Shown: piece after piece, positions 7,401 to 15,634 of the stretch
Position numbering within the stretch: the stretch's first letter is position 1
How the letters are laid out: each line of letters starts with the position of its first letter
Assembly: GCA_046153645.1 (NCBI GenBank)
Contig: JBJXGI010000046.1
Span: 1 to 56,207, forward strand
DNA: 56,207 nt
Direction of reading: 5' to 3'
Origin: Elusimicrobiota bacterium
GTDB taxonomy: Bacteria; Elusimicrobiota; Elusimicrobia; F11
Made by a program: the position numbers and the translations under genes
Notes under the pieces: generated by a model
What the model saw: the letters and a program-made list of their open reading frames with translations, nothing else
Told to the model about the DNA's origin: nothing
Databases searched by the model: none

Positions 7401-9766
7401 AAACCTGCTGCCGCGGCAAACCCGATATGCTGAGATCCGCCATAAACACCCCAGAATGCCAGGAGCGCTGTTATATTAACGATGGGAGATGAAACAAAAA
7501 ATAACTTAACCAAACCTTTTGAGCTGTGGGATTTTAAGTGCGGGAATAAGGTGATCATTCCGGTGAAAACAACAGAGAAAAAACTCATAATCACAAAATT
7601 TAAAACGGAGATTTCACTCTGCGTGATCGTTGCAAAAACCAAGGAAACCGCAGGCACCACCATCGCCACAGCTCCAAACCACCACTCACGTTTCGTGGCG
7701 CTCAAAATTTCCGCGTCGTCTTGAATGCGAGTCCCTACTTTTGCCCAGGGGTGAGCAGATGTTGCTTTGCCCTCTTTGTCGATCCACCTTTTCTCCATGA
7801 ATAAGGCCAGGTTTCTAACCACTTCCCTATTAAAAGGCAATACTCCCGCCTCAGGAATGGGATTGGTCTTTAAAGTTCGAACCAATGAAATTGTTGGTGC
7901 CTCAAAAATCTTTTCAAGAGGCGTTTTTTCTTGGGTGAAAATACTTAAATATGAATTATCTTGATCGGTCCCACTCTGCGTTAATTTTGGCGTAACGATA
8001 ACCAAGTTCACATTTTCTTTAGAAAGAATTTCGCTGATTCCTTGGGAATGAAAGCCACCGGCGACGAGAATAACCGTTCCTAGCTCCTGGCTCCTGGTTT
8101 CTGGTTTCTGATTCACAACGACTGTTTTTTTATCTTTACTAGGAACAGCCTTTAAAAGATTATTAACCATTTTCTCATTGCGTGCTTCGGCCAGTTCATA
8201 GAATTTTTCGAAAGGAAGGAAATGCCCCTCACCCTGACCCTCTCCCCGAGGGAGAGGGAAGACGCTATTTTGAGAAAAAGTGGAAACGTTTTCTTGTCGC
8301 ATCAGAGGGGATCTGTCATATCCCCTCTCCCTCGGGGAGAGGGTCAGGGTGAGGGGCTTTATAAACTCCTTATATTCTTTCCACTCCATTGGAGTGAGCC
8401 TCAGCCCAACTAATTTTTCTTTGAGGGCTAATAATTGAGAAGCGTGACAAAGTTCTTTTTGTTCTGATGTTTGACATAGCTGCGCCCACACTTTCTTTTC
8501 TAAATCAGCTATTTCTGAAAAAAGTTTTTCAGGTTGGATTGCATCTGAGGTTAAAACATACTGAATATATTTTTGAAACTCTGGTGTTCTAGAAAGGAAA
8601 ACGCCCGTTTTTTTGGCGACATTTTGAAGTGATTGATAGTAGTCGGGATATCGAATTTGCCCTGCTTTTAAAGCCAAACTCTGATGAATCAGCTGGTCAA
8701 TTTCTTGTTTGCTTAGTTTTCCAACAAGATTTTCAAGAAAATAACTGCGCTCCCGTTCCGCTTTTGAAAAGTTGATAGATTTTTCTAGGTCATAAGCTTC
8801 AATAAAAGTACTCAGTTCCTGGTGGTGAGTGCTTAGAGAAGTTTTTAGCGCTCCCTTTATATACTCCCCCAACCCCAATTTTCCCTCATTATAATTTCGC
8901 CACTTCTCATCTAACGCGAGCAGTTCTTGTGAATAAACCGTTTTTTTCTGAATTTCCAGTTGTGCCTTGGTTTTCCCCATTTTTTCAAGTTCTTGTTTCT
9001 GTTGAGAAAGCGCTTCTTTTACTACGGTGACATGTGCCAGATATAATTCTTTGTCTTCAACACCAAACATATTCGGTATTTCTTTCGAAGAAAAACCCGC
9101 ATATTCGGCCCCGGTAATGACTTCGTTCTTCAAAAAGAAAGAACCCACTTCTTTATTAACTTGGTTTGTAGAAAACCGAAATTTTTCTATAGGAATGCGT
9201 CCTGCGCTTCCTTCTAAACCAATGGCCGCGGCAGGATCTAAATCCAAAATCTTTAAAATGGTTTGGCCTATATTTTCTTGAGCTTCAAAATTGCCATGAA
9301 CATCCTGAATGTAAACAATATTTTTGGTTTCTTTATTCTGGGTTTTTGAAAAGCGAATTTGGTGAATGGTGGCATTTTGAGAGAGTGTGGAAAGAAGGTT
9401 TGACTCAACACCATTTCTAAGGCCGTCACCCTGGTAGAAACTGGGGTCTAAGTTGTAAACTTTTTTTAAAAGAGTATTTGAAAACGGCTGGATCCCGGGC
9501 TTGCCCGCCATGCTACTTGGCGGGCAAGCTGGGATGACGGACTGAGATCTAAATAAAGCCGCATATTTCTCGTGAGAGTTTAAATTCGAGTTGTTTTGGC
9601 GAGCTGTTCTTTGACGCTCTTCCCATAGGCTCTTTTCTCGATTATTGGCTGTAGCGGGCAAATGAGCAAATAAAACTTGCGTAAAAATAATAACAAAAGA
9701 CAACCCCGTCGCCATTGACTTCCGATAGAACTTACATTGTTCATTATCGACAAATGTCACTTTCAT
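1457..9766 (-). CDS. Giant (2,769 aa) multidomain membrane protein: conserved N-terminal domain, TM modules, HExxH region, 2H-like region, HIT/GDP-sugar phosphorylase-like region, HAD phosphatase domain
   Basis: 8.3-kb uninterrupted ORF; hydrophobic N-terminal segment; IQDVHGNFEAQ..I/GLEG/LVAGGFH motifs; FHELAH (6641-6655); YHVS (5405-5413); NSWGLGTLPRLHDH (LHDH at 4409-4420); DVDGT (3497-3511) and GDTHGD (2687-2704) HAD motifs. Confidence 0.85.
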   Translation of the reverse strand: MKVTFVDNEQCKFYRKSMATGLSFVIIFTQVLFAHLPATANNREKSLWEERQRTARQNNSNLNSHEKYAALFRSQSVIPACPPSSMAGKPGIQPFSNTLLKKVYNLDPSFYQGDGLRNGVESNLLSTLSQNATIHQIRFSKTQNKETKNIVYIQDVHGNFEAQENIGQTILKILDLDPAAAIGLEGSAGRIPIEKFRFSTNQVNKEVGSFFLKNEVITGAEYAGFSSKEIPNMFGVEDKELYLAHVTVVKEALSQQKQELEKMGKTKAQLEIQKKTVYSQELLALDEKWRNYNEGKLGLGEYIKGALKTSLSTHHQELSTFIEAYDLEKSINFSKAERERSYFLENLVGKLSKQEIDQLIHQSLALKAGQIRYPDYYQSLQNVAKKTGVFLSRTPEFQKYIQYVLTSDAIQPEKLFSEIADLEKKVWAQLCQTSEQKELCHASQLLALKEKLVGLRLTPMEWKEYKEFIKPLTLTLSPRERGYDRSPLMRQENVSTFSQNSVFPLPRGEGQGEGHFLPFEKFYELAEARNEKMVNNLLKAVPSKDKKTVVVNQKPETRSQELGTVILVAGGFHSQGISEILSKENVNLVIVTPKLTQSGTDQDNSYLSIFTQEKTPLEKIFEAPTISLVRTLKTNPIPEAGVLPFNREVVRNLALFMEKRWIDKEGKATSAHPWAKVGTRIQDDAEILSATKREWWFGAVAMVVPAVSLVFATITQSEISVLNFVIMSFFSVVFTGMITLFPHLKSHSSKGLVKLFFVSSPIVNITALLAFWGVYGGSQHIGFAAAAGFLIYNAAHFSWNWLTIQFPQLGLAPLVVNQDRLMDLAKSELLPFLKKSFLNGYIDKKEWNSVKGKLGGFVRKIPEQLTAAAESAVENSTKPLVRKRYALLSFVEELNAWLAPNGVIVQVASSKGSNPHNPQIQILPIQIDKLAYFNVTDFNKKIGMHDIAGIAVFQGGESAVANKLIGIIVSSLGARDNFPKALENIKRIYEYLETIKDDSSAFENNLLKHGTLWFEKNFGTHVPLDQLVESKLEFETFHELAHMVFRYIGDFVYEGGSEALKLYFDSFLESQLSNTQVIPSVDFIINPDSELEKAYRDESNSKAYPNLTTKEFQFEMAKSVDEVFGYLNGAVQSEQPSKQIGSFFFYYFVSLHNNSEVPKHFGFILYLLSRKLRVGLDIPLVDFYDSKKVVPALLATSRSLYELTEDELRSVFQEVVNENFTLKLVFNDKSIQVLLNTGERFVPLSEGLNNPVVDGIWSLIEKDLPYAAQFLSKAFIAKWYLIEKYSPEYTRNNIDAFLSSLYIADKLESDGESARGIAIAIHNRIKDAAIAVDVNSTTMNPSVPKEAPGQPAKEPNSPADQADFLYVNMRGTMMKASPGKSLFNDQKLESMKENFPDGEPLKTDIYSFAAEIAEGNPQLTALLEKIVDEWILITGLNQDNKEFYKVDPKTYHVSVNVAQNIAEGGSGFDAQDKKLSDEELKNILTTAKKILSETKSFGLVPQGIRAGEDGSLVLVLDWSPELHVLRTNLSEQGKANAPNKYKGTAASPFVIVTLFRSLSQVTPNEEQVKAIKAFDKKYANLSRVFKDAGVPDQIKVETLHFSNETQWMHAEKGEVNVPIKLGELTLTLDPETAAIIPDQVRKRWDSRFGEGKMKAPADIHSLGQAGWFQTLPFDPGNLPDSIEKINLHPIPLSAVMPLTSPLFASRIIPNQSLLTVIINERKYWILTDNAPTLLHESLLIPQDQELHLRLDNETANLDLLTFHNMTGLRGYINSWGLGTLPRLHDHIYFNPLPIDELQTNVKGSIDDKVEFGILKNYLGTSTVFQGEDMAALSTAMTAQAKYLLEQGIPHHVFISKGRVIFLWRNTNAQDVWDVGQNELEGRLISAFLFGGLVNYPSVTIERKTERPLNDILKRLSWPSSERDSYIRGMSSQEDDSISALGSGGFWIDRPAYKRNASWIETIVARLAIPTIIFLASFYRYDLGFLLSLILSAFVGAVIFWGLHILRGFSFDNKTFSFRKAWEAMTGFDVLWLTLLTFFAILFPLLIIPLTFYHDSIDNPVGSVPTQAFSAGLDQSKPIARIVIAADVDGTLRDDEHKNVDPEIMEELINLDKTGRVRFAAISGSAVGGIETDDWRRDNLAIGPAFNNEMEGYSPQYIDLYGSMGGQNIHGNSGTAQLLDMYTPEQAFEAIHVILKAYLEEVRDSQFSDPKNKKLVLPLLELLENIQFPSHVKTSFDLPLSLSDFQVIMESVTDPFKEIMLKIRDGGINPGARLIWRGTDVEFYAPVRDIDLNNLAVRFNFDNSVLLKALPESERSVLSGKVFAKVSKTTKKERTRLFLTEQGQSAEGQVLYVTIGDTHGDFPMHEVSLKGHLGFHVGESQIVESYPKGNLIFIRRQSGAGESHVQGTLQVLRALRQGLTEGRKFGDYEIYSRQGKDSKWQLFSGHQITTKTLDPRIAVTKKSDEDSINISNEEIAKFIAALVGPLQDQLIAKGFDFDATGRMLRSRLKSQVEYYRVGVDSQANKKDLEKLLLNLTYLGGRANLTYNEMREILKGLSTEGTLSYSWLSYFEWLRGRISQFILDKRNPTVRAFYADKSAAELEPHVVNGFYIGPLMNKDLNPAVFEQTKEHLLSRIKTFNQDKEKDRKKDILVLRSKIAGNKEAEQLFAVTLMQMMKELYPGYESEVDAYLKRVEFVFVSDVGLISPSVVLKKAHYDERSHLRFDFYTALPEEVNMHDPLVQFIIYVLSGDLKVTPVSERLKGALVAALNA
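8078..8112. repeat. Five degenerate 7-nt tandem repeats inside the giant CDS
   Basis: tcctagc tcctggc tcctggt ttctggt ttctgat, read as NQKPETRSQELG on the minus strand. Confidence 0.75.
8224..8357. repeat. Palindromic element with perfect 35-bp inverted arms, inserted in frame in the giant CDS
   Basis: 8224-8258 gcccctcaccctgaccctctccccgagggagaggg is the exact reverse complement of 8323-8357; 64-nt spacer; GC-rich in an AT-rich gene. Confidence 0.95.
9423..9540. repeat. GTCA-type REP-like doublet with nested 12-bp hairpin, in frame in the giant CDS
   Basis: ccgtcaccctgg...ctggggtcta at left and tggatcccgg...tgggatgacgg at right; inner stem gcttgcccgcca (9499-9510) / tggcgggcaagc (9518-9529). 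Confidence 0.85.
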
Positions 9767-9839
9767 ATAGTGAAACGATACTGATTCAACATTAAGATCG
9801 CATTAAAATGATGTAAATCTTTCGTAACAAAAAAACTTA

Positions 9840-9869
9840 TTGACACCTCCTTATCAGAATTGATATGAA
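9840..9869 (+). promoter_or_regulatory. Putative sigma70 promoter of glnA
   Basis: TTGACA (9840-9845), 18-nt spacer, TG-a-TATGAA (9864-9869). Confidence 0.5.
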
Positions 9870-9893
9870 GGAGCCCTAGTTTTAAAGGCGATG

Positions 9894-9931
9894 AGGCCTT
9901 CTCTGATGATCCATTGGGGAAGGCTTTTTTT
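9894..9931 (+). terminator. Intrinsic terminator/attenuator in the glnA 5' leader
   Basis: 13-15 bp stem 9894-9908 / 9912-9926 that relies on G-U pairs (so it forms on the + strand RNA), followed by T7; lies upstream of the RBS and ATG 9978. Confidence 0.75.
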
Positions 9932-9977
9932 ATTTAAAGCCAAATTTATTCTAATTCTAAATAATAGGGGAAAACAT

Positions 9978-12149
9978 ATGTCAGTACTTCAAGAAATCAA
10001 AAAATTAAGCACGACCAATGGACACTCCCACAACGGACATTCAAAAGTCTCGAGTGATGTGACCGATATCTTCGGATCCAATGTATTTAATGACCGAGTG
10101 ATGAGAGAACGCCTTCCTAAAGATACTTATAAAGCACTCAAAAAAGTAATCGAAAGCGGTTCAACTCTGACTATTGAAGTGGCTGATGTTGTGGCCAATG
10201 CCATGAAAGATTGGGCCATTGAAAAAGGTGCCACTCACTACACTCACTGGTTCCAACCATTAACCGGAAAAACAGCTGAAAAACACGACTCTTTTATTTC
10301 TCCAACCAACGATGGCGGAATTGTTATGGAATTTTCTGGCAAACAGCTCATTCAAGGTGAACCCGATGCCTCATCTTTCCCCAGTGGAGGCTTAAGAGCC
10401 ACTTTTGAAGCCCGTGGTTATACAGCCTGGGATTGCACTTCCCCTGCTTTCCTCAAAGAAGATGGTGCTGGAAATGTAACCCTTACCATTCCCACCGCTT
10501 TCTGTTCCTACACTGGTGAAGCATTAGACAAAAAAACCCCTCTTTTAAGATCTATGGAAGCTGTTTCAAAACAAGCTCTCCGCGTTTTAAAAGCATTGGG
10601 AAATACCACATCTAAAAGAGTCACCGCCACCGTTGGTCCAGAACAAGAATATTTCCTTATCGACAAAAAATATTATGACCAACGTTTAGACCTTATTTCT
10701 GCTGGCCGCACCCTTTTCGGCGCCGCCGCTCCCAAAGGTCAAGAATTGGAAGACCAATATTTCGGAGCCATCAAAGATCGCATTTCATCTTTCATGAAAG
10801 ATCTCGATACAGAACTCTGGAAAATGGGCGTTCTTTCTAAAACCAAACATAACGAAGTGGCGCCAGCTCAATATGAAATGGCTCCTATTTTCTCAACCAC
10901 CAATATTGCCACAGATCACAACCAACTTGTAATGGAAACCATGCAAAAAGTCGCGCTTCGCCACGACCTGGTTTGTTTACTTCATGAGAAGCCCTTTGCG
11001 GGCGTTAATGGTTCTGGTAAACACAACAATTGGTCCTTGGCCACTGATGATGGTTTTAACCTTCTTGAACCAGGTAAAACACCTCATGACAATGAACAAT
11101 TCTTGGTGTTTTTGGCGGCCGTTATTAACGCTGTTGACATACACGCTGACAAACTTCGCGCTGGTGCTGCCAACACAGGAAACGACCTTCGTTTAGGTGC
11201 CAATGAAGCGCCTCCCGCAATTATTTCCGTTTTCATGGGAGAAGAATTGACTGACATTCTCATGAGTCTTGGAAAAGGAAAAGAAGCCAAATCAAAAGGT
11301 CAACATTTCTTAGATATTGGCGTTGACTCACTTCCCAATCTTCCCAAAGATAACACCGACAGAAACCGAACCTCACCGTTTGCTTTCACCGGAAATAAAT
11401 TCGAATTCAGAATGGTTCCTTCATCCTCTTCAATTGCCGGTCCCAACACAATCTTAAACACGATTGTAGCCGAATCTCTTGATGAAATTGCCGATCGTTT
11501 AGAAAAAGCCAAAGACGTGAACAAAGAAGCTGCTGCTATTGTTAAAGAAGCGGTCAATGAACATGGCCGCGTGATTTTCAATGGTAATGGTTACTCTGAA
11601 GATTGGGTTAAAGAGGCCAAAAAAAGAGGTCTGCCTAACATCACTTCTACTGTTGAAGCCATTGGCGCTATGGCCAATAAAGATGCCGTTCGCTTATTTG
11701 AAAAATATAAAGTTCTTTCAGGTGGAGAATTACACTCTCGTTATGAAGTGTATTTAGAAATCTACGCCAAGAACATCAACATTGAAGCACAGTCTTCAAT
11801 TGCCATGGTCAAGAACCAATATATTCCTTCGGTGATTTCTTACTCAACTGAACTGGCCAACAGCGTTTCCAGCCTCAAAAATGCAGGCGCTTCAAACAAA
11901 GTTCAAAAAGACTTACTCGATCAACTTTCTGATCTTTTAGAGTCTGCCACTAAGAAATTAGGAACTCTTGAATCATTAACCAAAAAAGCTCAAAATTCAA
12001 AAGATGCGAAAGACAAAGCGGAAACATATCGGGACGACGTTGTGCCCGCGATGAACGCCCTTCGGGCCGACATTGACGCACTTGAAAACATTGTGCCCAG
12101 CAACAAATGGCCAGTGCCTTCATACGCAGAAATGCTCTTTAAGCTATAA
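9978..12149 (+). CDS. glnA: Glutamine synthetase type III
   Basis: [80 protein letters not shown]; start moved from 9891 to ATG 9978 after an AGGGG RBS. Confidence 0.97.
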   Translation: MSVLQEIKKLSTTNGHSHNGHSKVSSDVTDIFGSNVFNDRVMRERLPKDTYKALKKVIESGSTLTIEVADVVANAMKDWAIEKGATHYTHWFQPLTGKTAEKHDSFISPTNDGGIVMEFSGKQLIQGEPDASSFPSGGLRATFEARGYTAWDCTSPAFLKEDGAGNVTLTIPTAFCSYTGEALDKKTPLLRSMEAVSKQALRVLKALGNTTSKRVTATVGPEQEYFLIDKKYYDQRLDLISAGRTLFGAAAPKGQELEDQYFGAIKDRISSFMKDLDTELWKMGVLSKTKHNEVAPAQYEMAPIFSTTNIATDHNQLVMETMQKVALRHDLVCLLHEKPFAGVNGSGKHNNWSLATDDGFNLLEPGKTPHDNEQFLVFLAAVINAVDIHADKLRAGAANTGNDLRLGANEAPPAIISVFMGEELTDILMSLGKGKEAKSKGQHFLDIGVDSLPNLPKDNTDRNRTSPFAFTGNKFEFRMVPSSSSIAGPNTILNTIVAESLDEIADRLEKAKDVNKEAAAIVKEAVNEHGRVIFNGNGYSEDWVKEAKKRGLPNITSTVEAIGAMANKDAVRLFEKYKVLSGGELHSRYEVYLEIYAKNINIEAQSSIAMVKNQYIPSVISYSTELANSVSSLKNAGASNKVQKDLLDQLSDLLESATKKLGTLESLTKKAQNSKDAKDKAETYRDDVVPAMNALRADIDALENIVPSNKWPVPSYAEMLFKL

Positions 12150-12189
12150 AATTAGATTCCCTGCCTGCCAACGGGAAGACGTTTCAATA

Positions 12190-12228
12190 AAAAAAGCCTC
12201 CGCCAATATTTCTGGCGGAGGCTTTTTT
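12190..12228. terminator. Bidirectional rho-independent terminator
   Basis: aaaaaagcctccgcca-atatttc-tggcggaggctttttt, between convergent genes. Confidence 0.9.
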
Positions 12229-12238
12229 ATTGAAAAAT

Positions 12239-12528
12239 TTATCTCACTATGCAACAGTGTTTTTCAAGAGCGGTTAAACGATATTCGTGAATAATCGCAT
12301 TTCTATCTAATCTTATCTTAATGTGCTAGCAGAAAAAGCATCTACTTTATCCATGATTTTTTGAATATCCATTTTTGTTGCCATGGTTTCACGAATTTCT
12401 TTTACCTCTTCCTGAGTCTTAACAAGAGCTATCGCAATTCCGTTAATCTTTTGATCTATTTCCCTATTCTTTTCCAAGAATAGTTCTGTTGTTACATATT
12501 TTTCATTTTGTTTCATTATTTTCTCCAT
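12239..12528 (-). pseudogene. Small coiled-coil hypothetical protein disrupted by a 5-bp tandem duplication
   Basis: tctta-tctta at 12311-12320 creates the stop; removing one copy extends the frame with LDRNAIIHEYRLTALEKHCCIVR to TAA at 12239-12241, beside the terminator. Confidence 0.65.
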
Positions 12529-12613
12529 TTTGGAGGGTTCACTTTTTGAGGGAATCGTATTGTAGCAGAGATTAATAAAAAGTAAAAATTTTTATCAAAA
12601 AGACAGCGAATTA

Positions 12614-14230
12614 TTAATAAATTTCTTCCATCTGGCGTGTTTTTAATGCTGAATCAGAAAACTCAATGGCAGGAAACATACAATCTGTTGTTTCAAGAAA
12701 TTTAAGATAATCTAAATTAATTGATTGTGATTCAATTTGATGCGATAACTGTTTAAAACGATCTAAATGTTCTCGAAACCTTTTGGTTGCATATGAAACG
12801 GTCGTACCCGTTGTCATAATAAAGGCCCAATCACTAGATTGCAGAAGCAAAAGTTCTCTTAACATTTGGTTTAAGGCCCGCTTCAAATCTCCCCCTGCGC
12901 TTTCAAAACGAGTGGCGAGTTCTTCCATTTTCTGCTCTGCCCAATGTTGATGACGATAAATCCAACTATTGCCGCCATTAAGCCAAACCAAATTGTGTCC
13001 CTCAGATCCCCAGGTAGAAGGATTGGGTCGTTGTAACTGTCGAACAGGATATAAATCTAGATATTCACCAGGCGTCACCATTTTGACGGTAGCTTGATCA
13101 AAGTAACACTTGCGAATAAACATTTCTAAAAACTGTGGTCCCTCAAACCACCAATGTCCAAACAACTCAGCATCATAGGGTGAAATAATGATAGGAGGAT
13201 TGGTTGTTTTCCCATTTAAATGTTGAACTTGAGCCTGACGATTGAATAAAAAATTACCAGCGTGTTCTGCTGCTTTTTCAAAAGCACGCTCTGGCTCGTA
13301 ATATTGTTTTTCATGTAAACCACAGGAACCTGTGATTCGGTGATATTTAATTCCAATACCACGCCTTATTCCATCTGAATGTAAATAAGGCTTAATATAA
13401 TCATACTCAGCGTCATAACCAAGATCTCGATAAAACTCCCGATAACTTGGGTCTCCTGGGTAACCTTCTTTGGAACTCCAAACCTGCTTACTTGATTCCG
13501 GGTCTCTGGCAAAAGCACTCACACCATAAGTGGTAACAACAGGGGCATACACGCCATCAACAGGTTGAGGGTCACCAAATAAGATCCCATGAGAATCAAG
13601 GAAAAAATACTCTAAGCCAGCTTCCGCCAAAATAGGCGCCACTCGGTCGTCATAACCACACTCTGCGAGCCAAATACCTCGGGGTGCTTTACCAAAAGTC
13701 ATGGTGTGTTGTTTGACCGCCGATTTAACTTGCGCTCGAATGGCAGAAATAGAACTCATCAACGGAAGAAAGCCATGCGTAGCAGTACAAGTAATAAGCT
13801 CTAAATGCCCCGAATCTTGCAAACTTTTAAATGCCTGTAATAAATGGCCGTGATATTGGTTAAAGAGATAATTTCTCACATTTTCGAAATGCTCTTTATA
13901 AAAATAAGCCAACGAACCGATATGATTTGAAGAATTATTATTGAGCTCTTTTTCGATGATATCAAGGCGAGATTCAATATATGTTTTTAACCTTAATACA
14001 AGTAATTGATCCCCTAACATGGCACACAAGGGAGGAGTCACTGTCATTGTTAAACGAAAAGGAACACCTTCACAACGAAGCCGCTCAAACCGTGATAAAA
14101 GGGGAACATACGTTTCAACAACGGCTTCAAAAAACCAATCTTCTTCTAAAAAATCAGGGTATTCAGGATGCCGAATAAAGGGAAGATGAGCGTGCAGAAC
14201 AAAAGCAATATAACCAGTGGGTGGACTCAT
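12614..14230 (-). CDS. GH57 1,4-alpha-glucan branching enzyme (DUF1957-containing)
   Basis: LHAHLPF, ETYVPL, ATHGFLPL, GIWLAEC (catalytic E), PYDAELFGHWWFEG (catalytic D), LQSSDWAF. Confidence 0.95.
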   Translation of the reverse strand: MSPPTGYIAFVLHAHLPFIRHPEYPDFLEEDWFFEAVVETYVPLLSRFERLRCEGVPFRLTMTVTPPLCAMLGDQLLVLRLKTYIESRLDIIEKELNNNSSNHIGSLAYFYKEHFENVRNYLFNQYHGHLLQAFKSLQDSGHLELITCTATHGFLPLMSSISAIRAQVKSAVKQHTMTFGKAPRGIWLAECGYDDRVAPILAEAGLEYFFLDSHGILFGDPQPVDGVYAPVVTTYGVSAFARDPESSKQVWSSKEGYPGDPSYREFYRDLGYDAEYDYIKPYLHSDGIRRGIGIKYHRITGSCGLHEKQYYEPERAFEKAAEHAGNFLFNRQAQVQHLNGKTTNPPIIISPYDAELFGHWWFEGPQFLEMFIRKCYFDQATVKMVTPGEYLDLYPVRQLQRPNPSTWGSEGHNLVWLNGGNSWIYRHQHWAEQKMEELATRFESAGGDLKRALNQMLRELLLLQSSDWAFIMTTGTTVSYATKRFREHLDRFKQLSHQIESQSINLDYLKFLETTDCMFPAIEFSDSALKTRQMEEIY

Positions 14231-14232
14231 CT

Positions 14233-15591
14233 TTATTTCCGCACAATAGATGAACTTGATTCATGGGCAATTTCAAAAAGAACATTTTTTTCTGAAGCGC
14301 CCAACGAATATGAATATTTCTCCCAACGGTGAGAACCTTTTTTCAACTTGCGGCTTTTATCTCGAACATTAATGAACACAGCTTCGGTGTAAGGACTTTC
14401 TGAATTTCGTGGAATACGAACCAAGCGAGACCGGAGTAAAACATTTATTTTCCCACTAGAATCCCAACCTAAAAGTTCAACGATATATTCATGCGCGGGG
14501 CTAACATCAAACCAAAAATCGCCCAAATCACTTAAACCTTGCCCTAAAACAATTTGAACTTCTTCAGTTTTGTCTATTAATCTTAAACCAAAAACAGAAT
14601 ATTCAAAACCACTCCATTCCCAAAATACATAGGCCTTTTCAGGGGATTGCACTAAAAAACTAAGCGTGTTAACTCCATAACGAATGGGAAGCAAAGGCCC
14701 CCACATTTCGATAAGTTTATCAATCTGTACTGGCTGAGAATGAATTTTATCTTTCATTTTCAATAATGCTTTTCGAGAACAAGGAAGCTGTAATAATTCA
14801 GAATACGCTTCGAAATGATTTTTAACAGACCGCGCAGATGCCCACTTTTTCAATTTAAAAGACGCGCGCTCAATAATTCCTTCAAAACCATGTTTCGTTT
14901 TATTTTTTGATCCCGATAAAACACTATCAATAAGGATAACCATATCCGATATCAAGAAACCGGCTTTCAACAAACTAACTCGCCCAAAGAATTCAAATCC
15001 TTCCGGATGAAACAATTCTCTCTCAATTCCTAAAAATGAAAGCATCGTGTGAGGAAAGTTACCTTGCTGCTTAACAGACGGAACAATGAGCAAGGTTTTG
15101 GTATTTTTAAATAGTGTAGAGGAGTCTTCTTGTTGTATAAAATAAGATAAAAGCCCTCCCTCCCATCCAAAAGATTGAATTAAATCGACAGGTTTCCCAA
15201 TCCACTGAATTAATTTAATTGCCGATTTACATAACAAAACCTCTTGAAGAGGACTTTCAAGAATGGGGCTTTTCGTCATAAAAATAGCCGGAGATAAATT
15301 CCCACGAGTCAACTTGATAATTTCAATTGGATAATTCTGAGATAGCGTTACAGAGGTTTTATGAATTCTTGAAGCGGAAAGTTTTGTTTTAGGAAGAAGA
15401 GTGGGGTCATAAGGAATAAGAACACTTATTCGAATACCACTTTCAACTAGTTTAGGTATAACAGAACCTGGCCTTGATCGAACCTCCCCCTCGGAACGAA
15501 AAAAAAGGTCACTGTTGGAACACACCCACATCACATGAGGTGATTTTTTTGCGTTTATTTTCACCAAGCTATCCTCGATGAGACGGATCAT
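14233..15591 (-). CDS. Degenerate glycogen-synthase N-terminal (GT5-like) domain fused to a DUF4912-like domain
   Basis: QQGNFP...LFHPEGFEFFGRVSLLKAG resembles GlgA; P.RYG...L..LVQSP...YVFWE resembles DUF4912; adjacent to GH57. Confidence 0.65.
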   Translation of the reverse strand: MIRLIEDSLVKINAKKSPHVMWVCSNSDLFFRSEGEVRSRPGSVIPKLVESGIRISVLIPYDPTLLPKTKLSASRIHKTSVTLSQNYPIEIIKLTRGNLSPAIFMTKSPILESPLQEVLLCKSAIKLIQWIGKPVDLIQSFGWEGGLLSYFIQQEDSSTLFKNTKTLLIVPSVKQQGNFPHTMLSFLGIERELFHPEGFEFFGRVSLLKAGFLISDMVILIDSVLSGSKNKTKHGFEGIIERASFKLKKWASARSVKNHFEAYSELLQLPCSRKALLKMKDKIHSQPVQIDKLIEMWGPLLPIRYGVNTLSFLVQSPEKAYVFWEWSGFEYSVFGLRLIDKTEEVQIVLGQGLSDLGDFWFDVSPAHEYIVELLGWDSSGKINVLLRSRLVRIPRNSESPYTEAVFINVRDKSRKLKKGSHRWEKYSYSLGASEKNVLFEIAHESSSSIVRK

Positions 15592-15634
15592 CCATCCCCT
15601 TTATCTTCATGATCATATTCTAGTTGGGACTGTG

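Noticed and set aside
8222..8413. 63-aa + strand ORF MPLTLTLSPRERED...
   Set aside because: It is a by-product of the palindromic element, antisense to the giant CDS
9891..9977. N-terminal extension of glnA in the ORF track
   Set aside because: It runs through the leader terminator; the RBS and GSIII-like sequence support ATG 9978
12156..12177. Weak hairpin after the glnA stop
   Set aside because: Short imperfect stem; the strong terminator at 12190-12228 explains termination
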